Shown here piece after piece: positions 18,340-26,430 of a stretch of DNA of 64,000 nt; the stretch's first letter is position 1; every line of letters starts with the position of its first letter. Made by a program: the position numbers and the translations under genes. The DNA is taken from NCBI GenBank assembly GCA_038801785.1, contig JAULTD010000001.1, forward strand, positions 289,404 to 353,403, given 5' to 3'. The notes below the pieces were generated by a model. It was not told where the DNA came from, did not search any database, and saw nothing but the letters and a program-made list of their open reading frames with translations. This DNA comes from Candidatus Methanomethylicaceae archaeon GD_Cm_T35_P0_bin.15 (GTDB taxonomy: Archaea; Thermoproteota; Methanomethylicia; Methanomethylicales; Methanomethylicaceae).

Positions 18340-19011
18340 TCACCTTATGAGGCCGAGAGAGGACTCGATCCGAGCCATCTCGGGGCCCGTAGTCGCCTCG
18401 CCCACTACAACGCCGTGGGAGTTGGCGGTCATCCCGATCCGCGGGTACGGAAATCCGCGGTTAATGGTAGAAACGTCGACGGGTATATTAAAAACTTCCC
18501 CAAGCCGGGAGAGCTCGCTCTCGGACGTCAGCGGGTGGCAGACCACGCCGCGGGATGTGGCGACGGCACAGGCACCCGGCATCCTGAGTGAGGCGATCGT
18601 CCCCTCGAAGACCTCGACCTTCAGGTGATCAGAGATGAGCCTCCTGAGGGTGGTGTCGGCGTCAGACCCCACCATGGCCGCGCTATCATTGACGAGCACC
18701 ATGTTCCCCAGCGCGTTCCTCTTGCCCTCGTAGACGGCGGCGGACGCGCCGGTCCCCTTCTCGATAAGGCCGATCTCTTCGTCTGTGGCGCTCGAAGGGA
18801 GGAGGACGCCCCTAGAGTTACCTACGATGAAGACCCCTAGCAGGACGCTACCTGAGATGGTGGCCCTCACGACAGGGACGTTGAGGGTCGAGGCCACCTC
18901 CTCCGCCACTTTCTCCGGCACATCCGGGGGGAGGAGGGCGTACCTGTCTGTGGCAAAGCTGAAGGCGCCCACGTTGGAGTTGCCGTAGAGGGAGAGGCGG
19001 GAGATAGACAA
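18340..19011 (-). CDS. eif6: translation initiation factor 6 (aIF6)
   Basis: 223 aa. Pentein repeat pattern (GNSNVGAF, GNMVLVND, ATSRGVVCHP, ANSHGVVVGE). Confidence 0.9.
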   Translation of the reverse strand: MSISRLSLYGNSNVGAFSFATDRYALLPPDVPEKVAEEVASTLNVPVVRATISGSVLLGVFIVGNSRGVLLPSSATDEEIGLIEKGTGASAAVYEGKRNALGNMVLVNDSAAMVGSDADTTLRRLISDHLKVEVFEGTIASLRMPGACAVATSRGVVCHPLTSESELSRLGEVFNIPVDVSTINRGFPYPRIGMTANSHGVVVGEATTGPEMARIESSLGLIR

Positions 19012-19017
19012 AAGGGA

Positions 19018-19539
19018 CTATGCCTCCGCCGGAAGGACGCGGACTGTGCCGTCTTCCAACTTCTGGACCCTGACGGAGATCCTCCTCTCGGACTTGCCCT
19101 TCCCCCTAGACCACAGGCGGTTGTTGAGGCGGTTATCGATCTTGGCCTCTGTGTCGAAGACCCTGGAGGCCATCTTCTTGACCTCGTTGACTGATTTGGG
19201 GGCAGCCTTATTGCCGTGCGACAGGAAGGCGTGCCTCAGGTTAACGGTGATGGTCTTCTCCTCGACCACCTTCCCGGCCTCTTCCTCCTTTGGTTCCTCG
19301 TGGGGCTTCCTGGCTTTCTTCCCCTTGCCCTTGCCCTTGCCCTTGTCTTTGCCGGCCCCCTCATCCCCTGCCTTGCCCCCGGCTTTCTCGGCCTTGCCTT
19401 CAGGCTTCGGCTCTGGCGCCGGTTCTGGCGCGGCCCCGATCTCGGCAGTTGAGGCTTCTGTTGGCAGGTCTTCTGGCGCGGCCTCTGCAGCGGGCACTGC
19501 GCCAGTCGGTCCGGCGGCGGGAGCGTTATCCTTGCTCAT
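19018..19539 (-). CDS. rpl31e: 50S ribosomal protein L31e, with an apparent ~90-aa low-complexity N-terminal extension
   Basis: The C-terminal ~80 aa (TITVNLRHAF...NRLWSRGKGKSERRISVRV) are L31e-like. An in-frame GTG at 19269 would give a canonical-length protein. Confidence 0.8.
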   Translation of the reverse strand: MSKDNAPAAGPTGAVPAAEAAPEDLPTEASTAEIGAAPEPAPEPKPEGKAEKAGGKAGDEGAGKDKGKGKGKGKKARKPHEEPKEEEAGKVVEEKTITVNLRHAFLSHGNKAAPKSVNEVKKMASRVFDTEAKIDNRLNNRLWSRGKGKSERRISVRVQKLEDGTVRVLPAEA

Positions 19540-19588
19540 CAGATGTCACCTTATCCTATCTCATCATACCATGCGGTATCAAATCACA

Positions 19589-19744
19589 TCATATCTTCAG
19601 CTTCTGGCTTCTCCAGTTCCTCATCTTCGGGTGGCGCCTGAACTTTCCACGGGTCTTGGCCACCACCCAGAGGGGCACCGGGCTGCTGACTTTACTCGCC
19701 TTTATGAGGCGTTTCTTCCTTGAGATGTGCTTGTTCCTTGCCAT
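19589..19744 (-). CDS. rpl39e: 50S ribosomal protein L39e
   Basis: MARNKHISRKKRLIKASKVSSPVPLWVVAKTRGKFRRHPKMRNWRSQKLKI. I take the start at the internal ATG at 19744. Confidence 0.9.
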   Translation of the reverse strand: MARNKHISRKKRLIKASKVSSPVPLWVVAKTRGKFRRHPKMRNWRSQKLKI

Positions 19745-19770
19745 GATGTAACCCTTCCCTTCAACTCCAT

Positions 19771-20109
19771 TCATATCCTTGTTATTGTGATATCTCGCTT
19801 TCGCCTCTGGAGCTCGAGCAGTATCCGCTTCAGCTGCTCGTCGTCCAGGGGGAGCTTGACGCGACCCTCCTGGGCGATCTGGATCAGCTGGAACTCGATC
19901 TGCTCGGCAAAGTCAGGCCTCACCATCTTGAGGTTGTTGAGCCTGCTGCGCGCCTCCGGCGAGAGGATCACCTTGAGCAGGTTCTGCTTCTGGGCCTCGG
20001 CCTCCTGCCGGGCGATATTCGCCCTCTCCTCCTCCGCAGCCCTCCTCCGCATCTCGGCCATCTTCCTCTGTTTGAGGACTTCGATGTCGTCGGGGTAGGG
20101 TTCGGACAT
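19771..20109 (-). CDS. PDCD5-like double-stranded DNA-binding protein
   Basis: 112 aa. ILSPEARSRLNNLKMVRPDFAEQIE matches the dsDNA_bind/PDCD5 family pattern. It is a usual neighbour of S19e and L39e. Confidence 0.8.
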   Translation of the reverse strand: MSEPYPDDIEVLKQRKMAEMRRRAAEEERANIARQEAEAQKQNLLKVILSPEARSRLNNLKMVRPDFAEQIEFQLIQIAQEGRVKLPLDDEQLKRILLELQRRKRDITITRI

Positions 20110-20122
20110 TGACTCTCGCCTT

Positions 20123-20596
20123 TTACTTAGCTTTTACAGGCAGGTACTTGCCCAGCTCGGGCATGTCCTTCTGGAGGTCTTTCATGAGCTTGTACGCGAC
20201 CCTGTCCACGAGAGAGAAGCCCTTCTCGGTGAGCACGCGCCCGTTGATACCGTCCTTCGCCACAAGGCCGGCCTTCTCAAGCTGCTGCAGGGCCTTCCTG
20301 ATGGAGGATGCCCCGGACTTGAACCCATGCTCGTTGAGCATCCCTCTCTTCATCCTCCCCCCGTAGACGGTCCTCAGGCGCTCGGTTCCGACCGGGCCCT
20401 CGATGTAGAGTCTCCTGAGCAGGGATGCGGACCTGAGGTACCAGAAGTCGTCCTGGGTGGGGACCCTCGAGACATGTGTGCCTGTCTTTGAATAGAGGGA
20501 CCACTCCGGCGGCTGGACCTCCTTCACATTCTCCTTGAGGTACTCTGCCACAGAGTTAATCAGTCTGTCAGCGGGGACGTTCTGAGCCAACGGCAA
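20123..20596 (-). CDS. rps19e: 30S ribosomal protein S19e
   Basis: VPADRLINSVAEYLK...PPEWSLYSKTGTH...WYLRSASLLRRLY is S19e-like. The track start is a TTG. Confidence 0.9.
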   Translation of the reverse strand: MPLAQNVPADRLINSVAEYLKENVKEVQPPEWSLYSKTGTHVSRVPTQDDFWYLRSASLLRRLYIEGPVGTERLRTVYGGRMKRGMLNEHGFKSGASSIRKALQQLEKAGLVAKDGINGRVLTEKGFSLVDRVAYKLMKDLQKDMPELGKYLPVKAK

Positions 20597-20771
20597 ACGA
20601 CATTCTCTCCGTTAACGATCCTCTGAGGATTAAAAGAACTATCTATATAAATTCTTTTATCTCATGCCATTGACCGGCATCGCGCGGCGGCCCGAGGTAT
20701 AGGCCGAGACGGCCGCTGACGGACCTGTAGCCGGAAAGCCTGCTTATATTCCGGCACGGGGATATTGACAT

Positions 20772-21908
20772 ATGGGTCCAGACGGAAAGTTCCGTGTGGG
20801 GATCTCTGGATCTTATGGTGGGCTGAACATAGGCGACGAGGCCATTCTGCAGAGCATCATCACCCAGCTGCGCGCCACGCTGCCAGTCGAGATCACCGTC
20901 TTCACGCGCGATGTAGAGGACACCATGCGCAGGCACAGAGTAGAGAGAGCGCTCCCCGTCCGGAGGATGACGCGCGCCGAGGTGGTGCCTGAGGTGGAGA
21001 GGCTAGACCTCTTCATCCTGGGCGGAGGGGGGATCCTCTTTGACAGTGAGGCGGAGGTGTACCTCCGGGAGGCGGAGGTCGCCCAGCAGAAGGGCGTGCC
21101 CGTGATGGTCTACGCGGTCAGTGCCGGACCGCTTCAGAGGGCTAGCGTCCAGAGGACGGTCAGGGACGTCCTCTCCGGAGTCGACGTGGTGACTGTCAGA
21201 GAGCGGATGGCAAAGAAGGCCCTCGAAGACGCGGGGGTACGGCGCGAGATAATAGTCACCGCCGACCCTTCGCTACTCCTCAAGCCGGAGCCTTTGCAGC
21301 AGGACGTCCTGGAGAAGGAGAGGCTGCATGCGGGGCACAGGCTGATCGGGATGTCTGTCCGCGAGCCGGGGCCGGCCGCCCCCGACATCGATAGCTCGAT
21401 CTACCAAAGGATCCTGGCGGACGCGGCGGATTTCATGATCGACCGCCTGAACGCGGACATAATCCTGATCCCCATGGAGCGCAATGTGCTCGACATGCAG
21501 CACTCCCATGCGGTCATCTCCAGGATGCTGCGCCCGCAGCACGCATGGGTCCTTAAGGGAGAGTATACCGCGGGGCAGCTCCTCACCCTCATGGGCCAGT
21601 TCGACTTTGCTGTGGGGATGCGCCTGCACTTCCTGATCTTTGCCGCTCTCCAAGGGGTCCCCTTTGTGGCCCTGCCCTACGCAGAGAAGGTGAGCGGGCT
21701 GCTTGACGACCTGCATGTAAGGATGCCCCCGCTGAGCCTTGTGAGCGCTGGCCGGCTGATTGCGTACATCGACCAGTCCTGGGACGAGCGGGAGGAGCTG
21801 AGGGCAAGGATCAATCAGCTGCTACCCAGGCTGAGGGAGCGCGCCCTTGAGAACAACAGGCTTGCGGTCGGGCTGCTCACCCGGAGGGCCGGGGGGCGGA
21901 ACCGGTGA
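20772..21908 (+). CDS. polysaccharide pyruvyl transferase family protein (CsaB-like)
   Basis: GISGSYGGLNIGDEAIL N-terminus and a C-terminal MRLHFLIFAALQGVPFVAL motif typical of PS_pyruv_trans. Confidence 0.7.
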   Translation: MGPDGKFRVGISGSYGGLNIGDEAILQSIITQLRATLPVEITVFTRDVEDTMRRHRVERALPVRRMTRAEVVPEVERLDLFILGGGGILFDSEAEVYLREAEVAQQKGVPVMVYAVSAGPLQRASVQRTVRDVLSGVDVVTVRERMAKKALEDAGVRREIIVTADPSLLLKPEPLQQDVLEKERLHAGHRLIGMSVREPGPAAPDIDSSIYQRILADAADFMIDRLNADIILIPMERNVLDMQHSHAVISRMLRPQHAWVLKGEYTAGQLLTLMGQFDFAVGMRLHFLIFAALQGVPFVALPYAEKVSGLLDDLHVRMPPLSLVSAGRLIAYIDQSWDEREELRARINQLLPRLRERALENNRLAVGLLTRRAGGRNR

Positions 21909-23385
21909 AGGGTGCCCCGGACCGGCCGGAAAGTATGCGTGGAGGCGGAAGGGGGGTGGCAGGGTGCCGGTTATAGGGCGAGCGGCAGGTACGGTCACGC
22001 TCCCGGCTCGAACCGCCAGGTTAGTCGACGGGGTCGACGTGCTCATCGTGGGCGGCGGGGCGGCGGGGCTGGGGGCGGCCATCGGTGCTGCCGATGCCGG
22101 TGCAAGGGTCGTGCTCGCGGAGCGTCACGGATTCCTCGGCGGCACAGCGACCGCCTCGTTGATGGTAACACTCTCCTCGTATCACACCTGGTCGCAGGAG
22201 GGAGGGGGGGCAGGGGGCGCCTCTGTCCTCTTCCCTGCGGATCACGGTCCGGGAAAGCCGGTCATAGCCGGCGTCCTCTCGAAGCTTGTGGGGCGCCTAG
22301 TGAGGAGGGGCGGCGGCATCCCGCCGTCTCGTAGGACGGGGTACGTCACCCCTTTCGATCCAGAAGTCTTCAAGCTAGTCTCCCTCGGGATGCTGGAGGA
22401 GGCGGGGGTCAGTATACTCCTCCACGCCTTCGCCAGCGGCGTCATATCCGATGCCGGGAGGTGGGGGGTCGTCTTCGAGACCAAGTCGGGCCCCCTGGTG
22501 ATCAGGGCAGACGCCGTCGTGGACTGCACCGGGGACGGCGATGTTGCGGCATATGCCGGAGCCCCTTATGAGGTGGGACGTGAGGGGAACGGCCTGGCAG
22601 AGCCTATCAGCCTCCTCTTCCTGATGGGAGGGTTCCGGCAGTCCCGCTTCGAGAACTATGTGAGGAGCCACCCGGGAGAGTGGTCAGGGGTCCACGGCCT
22701 CTGGAGCCTCATAGCAAAGGCGTCGTCTGAGGGGAGGCTCAGCCTCCCCCGCGAAGACATCCTGATGTTCGGGACGACGCGGGAGGGCTGGGTGAGCGTG
22801 AACAGCACCAGGATAGTGCGGAGGTACGGTGCAGATGTGCTGGACCTGACCGCGGCGGAGGTGGAGGGCCGCAGGCAGATGGCGCAGATCGTCTCTTTCC
22901 TCCGCGACTATGTGCCCGGCTTTGAGGGGGCGTACCTCTGCCAGAGCGGCTCAGAGGTGGGAGTCCGCGAGACCAGGAGGGTTGTCGGCAGGTACAAACT
23001 CACAGCGGAAGACATACTGCATGCCCGGAAATTCGACGACGTGATAGCCAGGGGGACCTACCCGATCGATATCCACAGCCCCGAGGGGAAGGGGACGACT
23101 CTCATAAGGGTGCCGCCAGGCGAGGCTTATGACATCCCGCTCCGCTGCCTCCTGCCGGCAGGTGTGGATGGCTTGGTCGTTGCCGGGAGGTGCATCTCGG
23201 GGACGCATGAGGCCCAGGCGTCCTACCGCGCCATGCCCATATGCGTCGCCACGGGGCAGGCGGCGGGGGTCTGCGCAGCGATCGCTTCCCGCGGCAGGAT
23301 ATCTACGCAGGAAGTAGCAGCGCCAGCCGTCCAAGACGAGCTGCTGCGGCAGGGGGCGGACCTGCGCAACATACGGGGCAGGTGA
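21847..23385 (+). CDS. FAD-dependent oxidoreductase
   Basis: Dinucleotide-binding VDVLIVGGGAAGLGAAIGAADAGARVVLAER. The start is uncertain: the track ATG overlaps the upstream gene, and the in-frame GTG at 21964 follows a purine-rich stretch. Confidence 0.7.
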   Translation: MRTTGLRSGCSPGGPGGGTGEGCPGPAGKYAWRRKGGGRVPVIGRAAGTVTLPARTARLVDGVDVLIVGGGAAGLGAAIGAADAGARVVLAERHGFLGGTATASLMVTLSSYHTWSQEGGGAGGASVLFPADHGPGKPVIAGVLSKLVGRLVRRGGGIPPSRRTGYVTPFDPEVFKLVSLGMLEEAGVSILLHAFASGVISDAGRWGVVFETKSGPLVIRADAVVDCTGDGDVAAYAGAPYEVGREGNGLAEPISLLFLMGGFRQSRFENYVRSHPGEWSGVHGLWSLIAKASSEGRLSLPREDILMFGTTREGWVSVNSTRIVRRYGADVLDLTAAEVEGRRQMAQIVSFLRDYVPGFEGAYLCQSGSEVGVRETRRVVGRYKLTAEDILHARKFDDVIARGTYPIDIHSPEGKGTTLIRVPPGEAYDIPLRCLLPAGVDGLVVAGRCISGTHEAQASYRAMPICVATGQAAGVCAAIASRGRISTQEVAAPAVQDELLRQGADLRNIRGR

Positions 23386-23417
23386 AGGCGGGGGCGGGCA
23401 GGGGGGCAGGGTGGTGT

Positions 23418-24644
23418 CTAGCCCCAGGCCGCTTCAGGCCGCCTTACGAACCCGGTCGCCCTCCGCTCGAACTTCCTGTTCCAGTGATGCCCTCTCCCGC
23501 CGTCACGGTCGCCGTAACGCTCCCTCTTGAACGGCAGAACCTTCACGCGGGGGCACTCCATCTGCGGGATTATGAACCTGCATGTGCGGGATATCCGTCT
23601 GAAGGAGTCATAGTCCTCCTCGCTCAACAGGACGACCGACTTGCCGGCCTCCCCGGCGCGGGCGGTCCGGCCTATGCGGTTCACATAGTCCTCCGCGTTC
23701 TTGGGGACGCTGTAGTTGAATATGTGCGTCACCCTCTTGAAGTCCAGACCTCTAGCCGCTATATCGGTCGCTACCAAGACCCGGATCTCCTGCCGGTGGA
23801 ATAGGCGTACTATGTGCTCCCTCCTCGGCTGCGAGAGGCCGCCGTGCAGCGCCTCGGCGTCGATGCCGTTGAGCCGCAGGTTCCTCGCGACGCTATCAGC
23901 GTCCCGCCTGGAGTTGCAGAAGACTATGGCAAGCTCGGGATCCTCCTCATTGAGGAGGTGGACGAGAAGAGAGAACTTGAGATGGCGGTCGACGTCGCAG
24001 TAGTACTGCTTGAGGAGGTTCTCGCTGACCCGGGTCTCGGTCGTGACCTTCTTGGCGCCCCTGGTGAACCCGTCCCTTATCGCATAGAGGCTCTCGGGCA
24101 TGGTGGCGCTGAACATGATCGTCTGTCTTTCCTTCGGGATCGCCCTCTCGATCTCCCGGATGTCGTCGATGAAGCCCATATCGATCATCCTGTCAGCTTC
24201 ATCGAGGATGAAGGTCTCGATGTTCCCGGTGTCCAAGGTACCGCGCCGCATGTGATCCATAACCCTCCCGGGTGTGCCGACCACTATCTCAGCCTTCCTG
24301 AGGCCTGAGACCTGGGGCGCCATCGCTGCCCCTCCGTAGATGCATTCGACGCGAACGCCCTTGGCATGCGAGAACCTTGAGAGTTCCCGGGCGATCTGCT
24401 GTGCTAGCTCCCTTGTGGGGGCCAATATGAGCGCCTGGGTCCTGATCCCGCGCCTGACCTTCTCCGCCAACGGGATGCCGAAGGCGGCGGTCTTGCCTGA
24501 TCCTGTCTCAGACTGACCCACGACATCATAACCCTCCTTTATGAGGGGGATGGTCTCTATCTGGATTCGGGTAGGCTCTCTGAAGCCGATCCGGTCCAGC
24601 GAGGCCAATACGTCTGTATCTATATCCATATCTTCGAACTGCAT
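23418..24644 (-). CDS. DEAD-box ATP-dependent RNA helicase
   Basis: Q-motif region, motif I SETGSGKT, PTRELA, DEAD (ILDEADRM), SAT, HGGLSQ, and RIGRTARAG. Confidence 0.9.
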   Translation of the reverse strand: MQFEDMDIDTDVLASLDRIGFREPTRIQIETIPLIKEGYDVVGQSETGSGKTAAFGIPLAEKVRRGIRTQALILAPTRELAQQIARELSRFSHAKGVRVECIYGGAAMAPQVSGLRKAEIVVGTPGRVMDHMRRGTLDTGNIETFILDEADRMIDMGFIDDIREIERAIPKERQTIMFSATMPESLYAIRDGFTRGAKKVTTETRVSENLLKQYYCDVDRHLKFSLLVHLLNEEDPELAIVFCNSRRDADSVARNLRLNGIDAEALHGGLSQPRREHIVRLFHRQEIRVLVATDIAARGLDFKRVTHIFNYSVPKNAEDYVNRIGRTARAGEAGKSVVLLSEEDYDSFRRISRTCRFIIPQMECPRVKVLPFKRERYGDRDGGRGHHWNRKFERRATGFVRRPEAAWG

Positions 24645-24844
24645 TTTCCTTCAACTCTTTGTATCTTGCGTCTGAAGCTACAGAAGCAATAGAATTAGCA
24701 TGACAGGCTAACGCTATCTTACTAGGCCTTTGTACTTTAGACTCTGATGGGTACGGCGACCGGCTATTTAAAGATGATGGGGAGGCACGGGGCTGCCAGA
24801 GCCGGCAAACCTTTATCAGGGGCAACGGATCAGACCCCTCCGCC

Positions 24845-25003
24845 ATGGTCAGCATCATCCTCACCAAGAACGAGCTGAGGTGGCGCATGAAGGGCGTCCC
24901 CTGGGGCACGGTGCATCCCGTATGCAGGCTCTGCAGATTCTGGTGCAAGTGCGACGAGCGCCACCTCACAGGGGCCTGCAAGACGTTCGAGGCGAACGCA
25001 TAA
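24845..25003 (+). CDS. possible small Cys-rich protein (52 aa, below the ORF-track cutoff)
   Basis: ATG...TAA ORF read by eye: MVSIILTKNELRWRMKGVPWGTVHPVCRLCRFWCKCDERHLTGACKTFEANA. It has five Cys and two His and fills an otherwise empty 450-bp spacer. No homology evidence. Confidence 0.3.
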   Translation: MVSIILTKNELRWRMKGVPWGTVHPVCRLCRFWCKCDERHLTGACKTFEANA

Positions 25004-25091
25004 CAGACGGGCCAGCGCGGAGCAGGGAGGAGGCGGACCGGAGGGGTCCTCTGCCCGCGGACGGTCCCCCCCACCTGGCCGACACCTGGAA

Positions 25092-25403
25092 TCAGTCACC
25101 CTTGCTGGCAGGGCGCTTTGCCAGGGGGTACCTCCTGAGGCTTTTGCAGCGGAGGCAGGTCACCGCCAGGTATACGCGCCGCTTCTCCCTGATCCTTACC
25201 CTGGCTGAGACACCGGGATAGAGGAAGGAGCCGCAGGACCTGCAGACGAACCGCTTCCACCTCCGGGGGATCCTGACGCGGGTCCTGCGGGAGATATTGC
25301 ATGCCATCTCGACGTACCGGTCGGAGAGATCGGGTCGCGTCCCCACACTCTCGAAGGCCATCCGGAACAGGCGATCGATCCTCTGCCGTGCGAGATCCTT
25401 CAC
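25092..25403 (-). CDS. rnp4: RNase P protein component 4 (Rpp21/Rpr2)
   Basis: RIDRLFRMA..., then Zn-ribbon CRSCGSFLYPG...CLRCKSLRRYPL. I take the start at the GTG at 25403; the track ORF extends to 25532. Confidence 0.75.
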   Translation of the reverse strand: MKDLARQRIDRLFRMAFESVGTRPDLSDRYVEMACNISRRTRVRIPRRWKRFVCRSCGSFLYPGVSARVRIREKRRVYLAVTCLRCKSLRRYPLAKRPASKGD

Positions 25404-25532
25404 AAGCGAGGCGTTGCGCAAGCAGATCACCCGGTAGTTGAAAGAGGATGGAGGCTGCCTAATATCGGTTACAGTCGCGCCCTCGTTTCCGTCTTGCAGG
25501 GCTGGCGAGCGGCAGGAGGCGGGACCGCTCAC

Positions 25533-25541
25533 CTATATAAA
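25533..25541 (+). promoter_or_regulatory. putative TATA box for nep1
   Basis: ctatataaa lies 32-40 nt upstream of the ATG at 25573 in an otherwise GC-rich spacer. This spacing fits a short or absent leader. Confidence 0.4.
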
Positions 25542-25572
25542 GGCGGAAGGGAGTTTAAAATCGGGACCGTCG

Positions 25573-26247
25573 ATGATCAGCATGATCATAGCGGAAGCGG
25601 CGCTCGAGACCGTGCCAGCCGAGATAGCGGATCATCCCTCGGTGAGGAACCAGGCAGCCAGGAGGGGAAAGGGGGCGGGGCAGATCCTGCTGGATATATC
25701 GTACCACTATGCGGCGATGAAGAGCCTCAGGAACTGGGAGAGGAGGGGCAGGCCCGACATAACCTTCATTACCCTGCTCAACCTCCTCGAGAGCCCGCTC
25801 AACTATGAGGGGCACCTCGCGGTCTATGTGCACACCCTCGAGGATCAGGTAATCTCGATGGATCCCCGGGTGAAGCTGCCGAGGAACTACTCGAGATTCG
25901 TGGGGCTGATGGAGCAGCTCTTGGAGGAAGGGAAGATCCCTCCGAAGGGAAGGCCGCTCATGGTGGTATCGAGGCAGAGTCTGGGCGACCTCCTCGCCAA
26001 GATAGGGCCCTCGAGGACAGTCGCCCTCACCGAGAGGGGGAAGAGGATCAGGCTCAGGGAGTACTGCCGGCAGCTGGCCAAGGAGAGCCCGGCCATACTG
26101 ATCGGCGGCTTCCAGAGGGGCGAGTTCCTGAAGAAGGACCTGGACCTCGCGGGCGAGAGAGTGTCGATATACGGGAAGCCCCTCGACGCCTGGGTAGCCG
26201 CCTCGGAGATGGCACACGGGCTCGAGCAGGCACTGGGGATACTCTGA
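25573..26247 (+). CDS. nep1: ribosomal RNA small subunit methyltransferase Nep1 (Emg1)
   Basis: MISMIIAEAALETVP...LLDISYHY...GRPDITFITLLNLLESPLN... is the Nep1/SPOUT pattern. Start taken at the internal ATG at 25573. Confidence 0.85.
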   Translation: MISMIIAEAALETVPAEIADHPSVRNQAARRGKGAGQILLDISYHYAAMKSLRNWERRGRPDITFITLLNLLESPLNYEGHLAVYVHTLEDQVISMDPRVKLPRNYSRFVGLMEQLLEEGKIPPKGRPLMVVSRQSLGDLLAKIGPSRTVALTERGKRIRLREYCRQLAKESPAILIGGFQRGEFLKKDLDLAGERVSIYGKPLDAWVAASEMAHGLEQALGIL

Positions 26248-26430
26248 GTCTGGTCGGACCGCAGCCCCTCTTGGGCTTTCCCGGGGAGAGGGGCTGCTGC
26301 CGGTCACCGCGCCCGTGCCCGCCGGGGGGGCGCCGGCCCCTGCCGCTGGCGTGCGTTCTAATTTATGGACGCTCGTGTTCAAATGTATAGTATAAAATAA
26401 CATCCGGGACGAGTATAGCACGGTGGGAAG

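Noticed and set aside
24526-25099. 182-aa and 89-aa minus-strand ORFs in the helicase / Rpp21 spacer.
   Set aside because: Their composition is R/P/A-rich with no motifs, and they overlap one another. The only protein-like frame is the short plus-strand Cys-rich ORF, which I reported separately at low confidence.
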